A stretch of DNA of 64,000 nt from Neophaeotheca triangularis (Eukaryota), in contig BAAIJX010000043.1 in the NCBI GenBank assembly GCA_054600435.1, positions 1 to 64,000 of the forward strand, given 5' to 3'. Below are positions 61,229 through 64,000 of the stretch, one piece after another. Positions within the stretch are counted from its first letter, which is position 1. Each line of letters starts with the position of its first letter. The position numbers were made by a program, and so were the translations under genes. Under the pieces are notes generated by a model, which did no database searches, was not told the DNA's origin, and was given only the letters and a program-made list of their open reading frames with translations.

Positions 61229-62179
61229 ACGCTCGCTTACTTCTGGCCTTCGAGCCGAACGAGCCGAACGGTCAGGTTTCATGACCACCTTCCTGGTCAC
61301 GACCATCGTTCCAGGTTATTGCTTTCAGCAGTACACACAAAAGTCATTATTTTTATCACACGGTTATTGGCCTCGGGTGACGCTCAATCACGCTACCCCA
61401 TCTTGAGAGGCTTCAAGATACTGTTTAGCGAGGAGTTCTGGAGTTTCTGGGAAGCAACCACGCTGCTGGTGGCTGCCTTGTCATGAGGAAAGGTTAACCC
61501 TTCGCTTCTCATTGTCATTACACCTACTTGGGTCGCACACGGGTGGCAGTAAAGTCCCTTCATTGCTTCCTATACCCCAATGTCGTCGGCGTTTCAATTT
61601 TGGGCGGGGTTTGCAGCAAGTTCTGCGTGGGTTCAAGAATGGAAGAATGTTATGTTACACGCTGGTGTTGAGAGGGAAAATATGTGTCGGCAGACATGTT
61701 GCCCTAAACGGGTTTATAGAGATATGCAATGCTAGACAACAAATGCTACACACTTGTTCAATCACTCCCTCTCAAAAACGTCCCTCGACTGTGATTTCTT
61801 CATTCAAGTAAAGGCAAGGCAGGCATGTTCTTGGCAAGCTTGAGCCTCTAACCTCACCTCCCGATTGTCGAAGAAGCGACCTGTCCGGTTGGCAGCTGTC
61901 TGGGAGGTAACAACACATTTTGAGCATGTATATACAGACAAAATCCAGACAATCAGTGATATGTATCACTCAAGGTCTCTCGACAATACCACAAAGACAA
62001 CAAACATCCTATCGTAGGTCATGGCGCAAACGGCGGTTTGCTCGCCTCGGCTTCCGAGGCTGCCCGATGTCGTCGTTGGAGAGCTGGCGAACACGTTGAA
62101 TTGAGAGGGGCCTTCTCCGCGACATTGACGGTCAACTCGAGTGAATAGTCCAATTCAAAGGCGCCTATCTTGGAAAACC

Positions 62180-64000
62180 ATGCGACAATACGGTCGGCCG
62201 AATGCTAAGCGGCACGAGCTGCCCTACAAGGAAGCGCCGCCGCCAGCGAACCCAGTCCTTCGAGGTCTGCCACTGTACTATCTCGCCAAATTGTAAGAAT
62301 ACCAGGCATCTGGCTACGGACCTCGAGCAATTTGCCTGGATGCTAATTGACTGTTTCAAAGCGTCTCGAATGTGCCGTTGGTGCAGGACTTGTTGTGGAA
62401 CAATTCTGGCTTTGGGGCCCTTCGCAATACACCCGGACTGGCAGACGTGGAGCCCAGATACGATCCGACCGTGGTCATATCTGGACCGGAAAACGTTCAG
62501 AATCATCGCAAGTTGCTCGACGAAGATTGGGAATCGAAGAAACCGTCCGGCACAGCTTTCAAATCTGCCCTGGACTTCCACGAAGCCTACAAATCTGGCA
62601 AGGTTACTCCTTCATCGGTCGCCAAAGCTCTGCTGCCCCTCATTCGCAGAGATGTTGCAAACCCCTCTAAGCACAGCACAGCATTCCTCGAGTCACGAGC
62701 AGACCTTGTACTCCAAGCCGCCATCGAAAGTACAGCACGATACCACGACGGCAAACCGCTCTCGGTGCTTGATGGCGTGCCCGTTTGCGTCAAAGACGAA
62801 GTGGCTCTGAAGGGCTACAGAAAATGTTTGGGTTCAAAACACGACTATATCGATGCCAATGATAGCACGAGCTTTTGCGTGCAGCAATGGCTTGACGCAG
62901 GCGCCATCATCATCGGCAAGACTAACATGCACGAGCTCGGGCTGGCGACGACGAACAACAATCCCAACTTTGGCACGCCGTTGAATCCTTACAATGACCG
63001 CTACTACTGTGGTGGCAGCTCGGGGGGGGGCGCATACGCCGCAGGCGCGGGCTCGACTCCAATTGCTCTCGGGGCTGATGGCGGTGGGAGCATCAGGATT
63101 CCAGCGGCTTACTGCGGTGGTTTCGGTCTCAAGACCTCGCACGGGAGGGTCAGTGGAAGGCCGACGCCTAGTCTGGCCTTGAGCACAGGCGTTCTCGGAC
63201 CCATTGCCGCGAACATGGTGGACCTCGAGATAAGCTACCGCATCATGGCTGAGCCGGATCCCCTCCACGACACTTCCTCGCTCATGTCGGCACCAGGCTC
63301 AATCGACATGAACGGAGATGGCAAAAAGGTTCTGGGAATACCCAAGCGATGGTTCGATCAAGCTGATGCCGCGGTGCAGAAGACCTGCTACAACGCAATA
63401 GACTTCTTGACTTCCGAGGTGGGCTACACAACCATCGACATAGACCTACCGATGCTCCACGAAGGACAAATGGCCCACGCAATGACAATCCTCGCAGAGA
63501 TCAGCTCCGGAGTTTCATCGACCAAAGATCTAACAGCTCAAAACCAAATCCTAGTCTCAGTCGGCAGCAGAACACCAGCCATAGACTTCCTCCAAGCGCA
63601 AAAAGTTCGCAACCTGCTGATGCAGCACCTCTCCCACCTATACTCGTCGCACCCGGGCCTTGTCATTGTAACTCCCACCACTCCAAACGCCGGCTGGAGC
63701 ATCGCACATCCGGGCGATTTGACCTACGGCTGCAGCGACGAGAACAACAGCATCAGATCCATGACTTACGTCTGGCTAGCGAATTTCAGCGGCTGCCCTG
63801 CCATTTCGGCGCCAGTCGGCTATGCAGATGCCGTTGCGGGCGAGGGCAGGGTTCCCGTGGGTTTGATGGGCATGGGGGAGTGGTGCGCGGAGACTGCGTT
63901 GCTGCGGTTTGGGTATGATGTCGAGGCGTTTCTGACCGCTCGGTCGGATGCCGGGAGGGCTAGGCCTGCGGGTTGGGTCGACGTGTTGCAGCTGGCGGGG
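62180..64000 (+). CDS. Amidase-signature family protein (fatty-acid amide hydrolase-like), 3'-truncated by the window edge
   Basis: Not in the ORF track because there is no stop inside the window. ATG at 62180, intron 62293-62361, then LDGVPVCVKDE, GKTNMHELG, GGSSGG and GADGGGSIRIPA (Lys-Ser-Ser triad motifs). Confidence 0.9.

Noticed and set aside
63022..63030. G9 homopolymer in the amidase GGSSGG motif as a possible frameshift
   Set aside because: The frame is intact (TCG GGG GGG GGC).
1..64000. tRNA, rRNA, transposons, RIP-degraded AT-rich blocks, or a secondary-metabolite cluster
   Set aside because: No cloverleaf or T-loop context, transposase or RT motif, long terminal or inverted repeat, extended AT-rich tract or PKS/NRPS gene was seen by eye. 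Small ncRNAs could have been missed.

Overview
Eukaryotic, intron-containing DNA from a filamentous ascomycete (Pezizomycotina; a Dothideomycete is plausible but is only an inference from protein style). It has short GT-AG introns with CTRAY branch points. I can build about 21 protein-coding genes, most needing manual splicing. In order: a large FG-repeat/RanBD nucleoporin (Nup2/Nup152-like), an APH/choline-kinase-like phosphotransferase, an Artemis/SNM1-type nuclease, Tim10, NADPH oxidase NoxA head-to-head with its partner NoxD/Pro41 (missed by the ORF track), xylitol dehydrogenase divergent from a DUR3 urea transporter, a stand-alone LigD 3'-phosphoesterase-domain protein, a membrane DnaJ protein divergent from RPA43, a probable coilin orthologue, a HET-domain gene, a conserved hypothetical, Ccc2 Cu-ATPase, a Kin4-like kinase, an SRPBCC protein, CSN7, BAP31/Yet3, DUS3, SFP1, and an amidase that runs off the right edge. 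I found no tRNA, rRNA, transposon or CRISPR array. Most notable: (1) a 'hypothetical' protein with coilin architecture, suggesting Cajal-body-like machinery in a mould; (2) the divergent noxA/noxD pair; (3) a bacterial-type LigD end-healing domain about 10 kb from an Artemis-like gene; (4) apparently frequent AAG 3' splice sites, microexons, and a CAG-TAG-TAG stop-containing acceptor. All homology calls are by eye from remembered motifs; no searches were run.
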